Assembly: GCA_004022145.1 (NCBI GenBank)
Contig: RCNU01000008.1
Strand: one strand, 5' to 3'
Origin: Paecilomyces variotii
Lineage: Eukaryota
Length of the DNA: 64,000 nucleotides
Shown in pieces: positions 63,490-64,000 of this stretch; position 1 is the first letter of the stretch; every line of letters begins with the position of its first letter. The translations under genes were made by a program, and so were the position numbers. Under the pieces are notes generated by a model. That model was not told the origin of the DNA, did not search any database, and saw nothing but the letters and a program-made list of their open reading frames with translations.

Positions 63490-64000
63490 TCAGAAAACTC
63501 TCCCAGCGAGTTCATGCACGGCTTTTCTCCAAACGCCTTTCCCGAATTCTAGACCAGATTTATTCCCCTGGGTCTCTTTGCGAAGGATATCTTTCATTTG
63601 ATTCTCCGAAACTCCGCTCTGGTCTCCAGAGCCAAACCCATAAACTTTACTTCCGAGCGCTTCGATCTCCAGTCTGAGAGGGCCAATGTCCCCGGGATTG
63701 ACGGTGCCGTCGTCTACAACACGCATTCTAACATTGAAATCCACGTCGACCCGGCTCTTTCTCGGCATCGCAGTTGAGGGAGCGTCACCCAAAATCGTGC
63801 ATCTGGCCCTTAACAGAGAGTCGATCTCATCCTTCGTGAGCCTCAACTTGGTGACACCGCAGAATTCGAGTTGGCGGATTTCCTCCTCAACGGTAAGTGC
63901 TAGATCCCATGCCTCTGAAATAAAACTCAAGAGCTTTTGCGGAGTCAAGGAGGACTGGTCTATAGTCATCAGGTGTTTCCTCAGAGCATGTAAGGCTAGG
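63490..64000 (-). CDS. 3' end of probable kinetochore protein Spc105/Spc7 (KNL1) C-terminal domain; gene continues beyond window
   Basis: Open frame to the window edge: 'QSSLTPQKLLSFISEAWDLALTVEEEIRQLEFCGVTKL...SKVYGFG...GVWRKAVHELAGRVF*', resembling Eurotiales Spc105 C-termini as I recall them. Not verified by search. Confidence 0.55.
   Translation of the reverse strand, partial: LALHALRKHLMTIDQSSLTPQKLLSFISEAWDLALTVEEEIRQLEFCGVTKLRLTKDEIDSLLRARCTILGDAPSTAMPRKSRVDVDFNVRMRVVDDGTVNPGDIGPLRLEIEALGSKVYGFGSGDQSGVSENQMKDILRKETQGNKSGLEFGKGVWRKAVHELAGRVF

Overview
Intron-containing fungal genomic DNA from an ascomycete, most likely Eurotiales (Aspergillus/Talaromyces/Paecilomyces-like, judged from PilA, a MetZ-like bZIP and the GT-AG introns with CTAAC/CTGAC branch sites). 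About 21 protein-coding genes can be modelled by hand. These include a TPR/DnaJ co-chaperone, a Rua1-type regulator, a SLIP-GC-like dynamin-family GTPase, an NmrA-like reductase, a GPI wall protein, a Sur7/PalI protein, a GH31 and a WDR6/Trm734 homolog. They also include Rad2/XPG, PilA, a PhyH dioxygenase, a MetZ-like bZIP, a DUF1932 dehydrogenase, a carboxylesterase, a Zn2Cys6 factor, a GH5 glucanase and the 3' end of a probable Spc105. The standout is a compact candidate fungal RiPP (dikaritin-type) cluster at ~21.3-25.4 kb, possibly extending to 27 kb. It has a secreted Kex2-processed repeat precursor with Tyr-containing cores (LIEYYI, LVVFYIP, LVKFYVG x2, LPVYSS) flanked on both sides by intact DUF3328/UstYa oxidase genes, followed by an SDR. 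The cores match none of the dikaritin cores I know. I also see a diverged ~150-bp dispersed repeat in two intergenic regions. No tRNA, rRNA, CRISPR or intact transposon was recognised. All family calls come from motif recognition by eye, not database searches, and exon boundaries are manual predictions.
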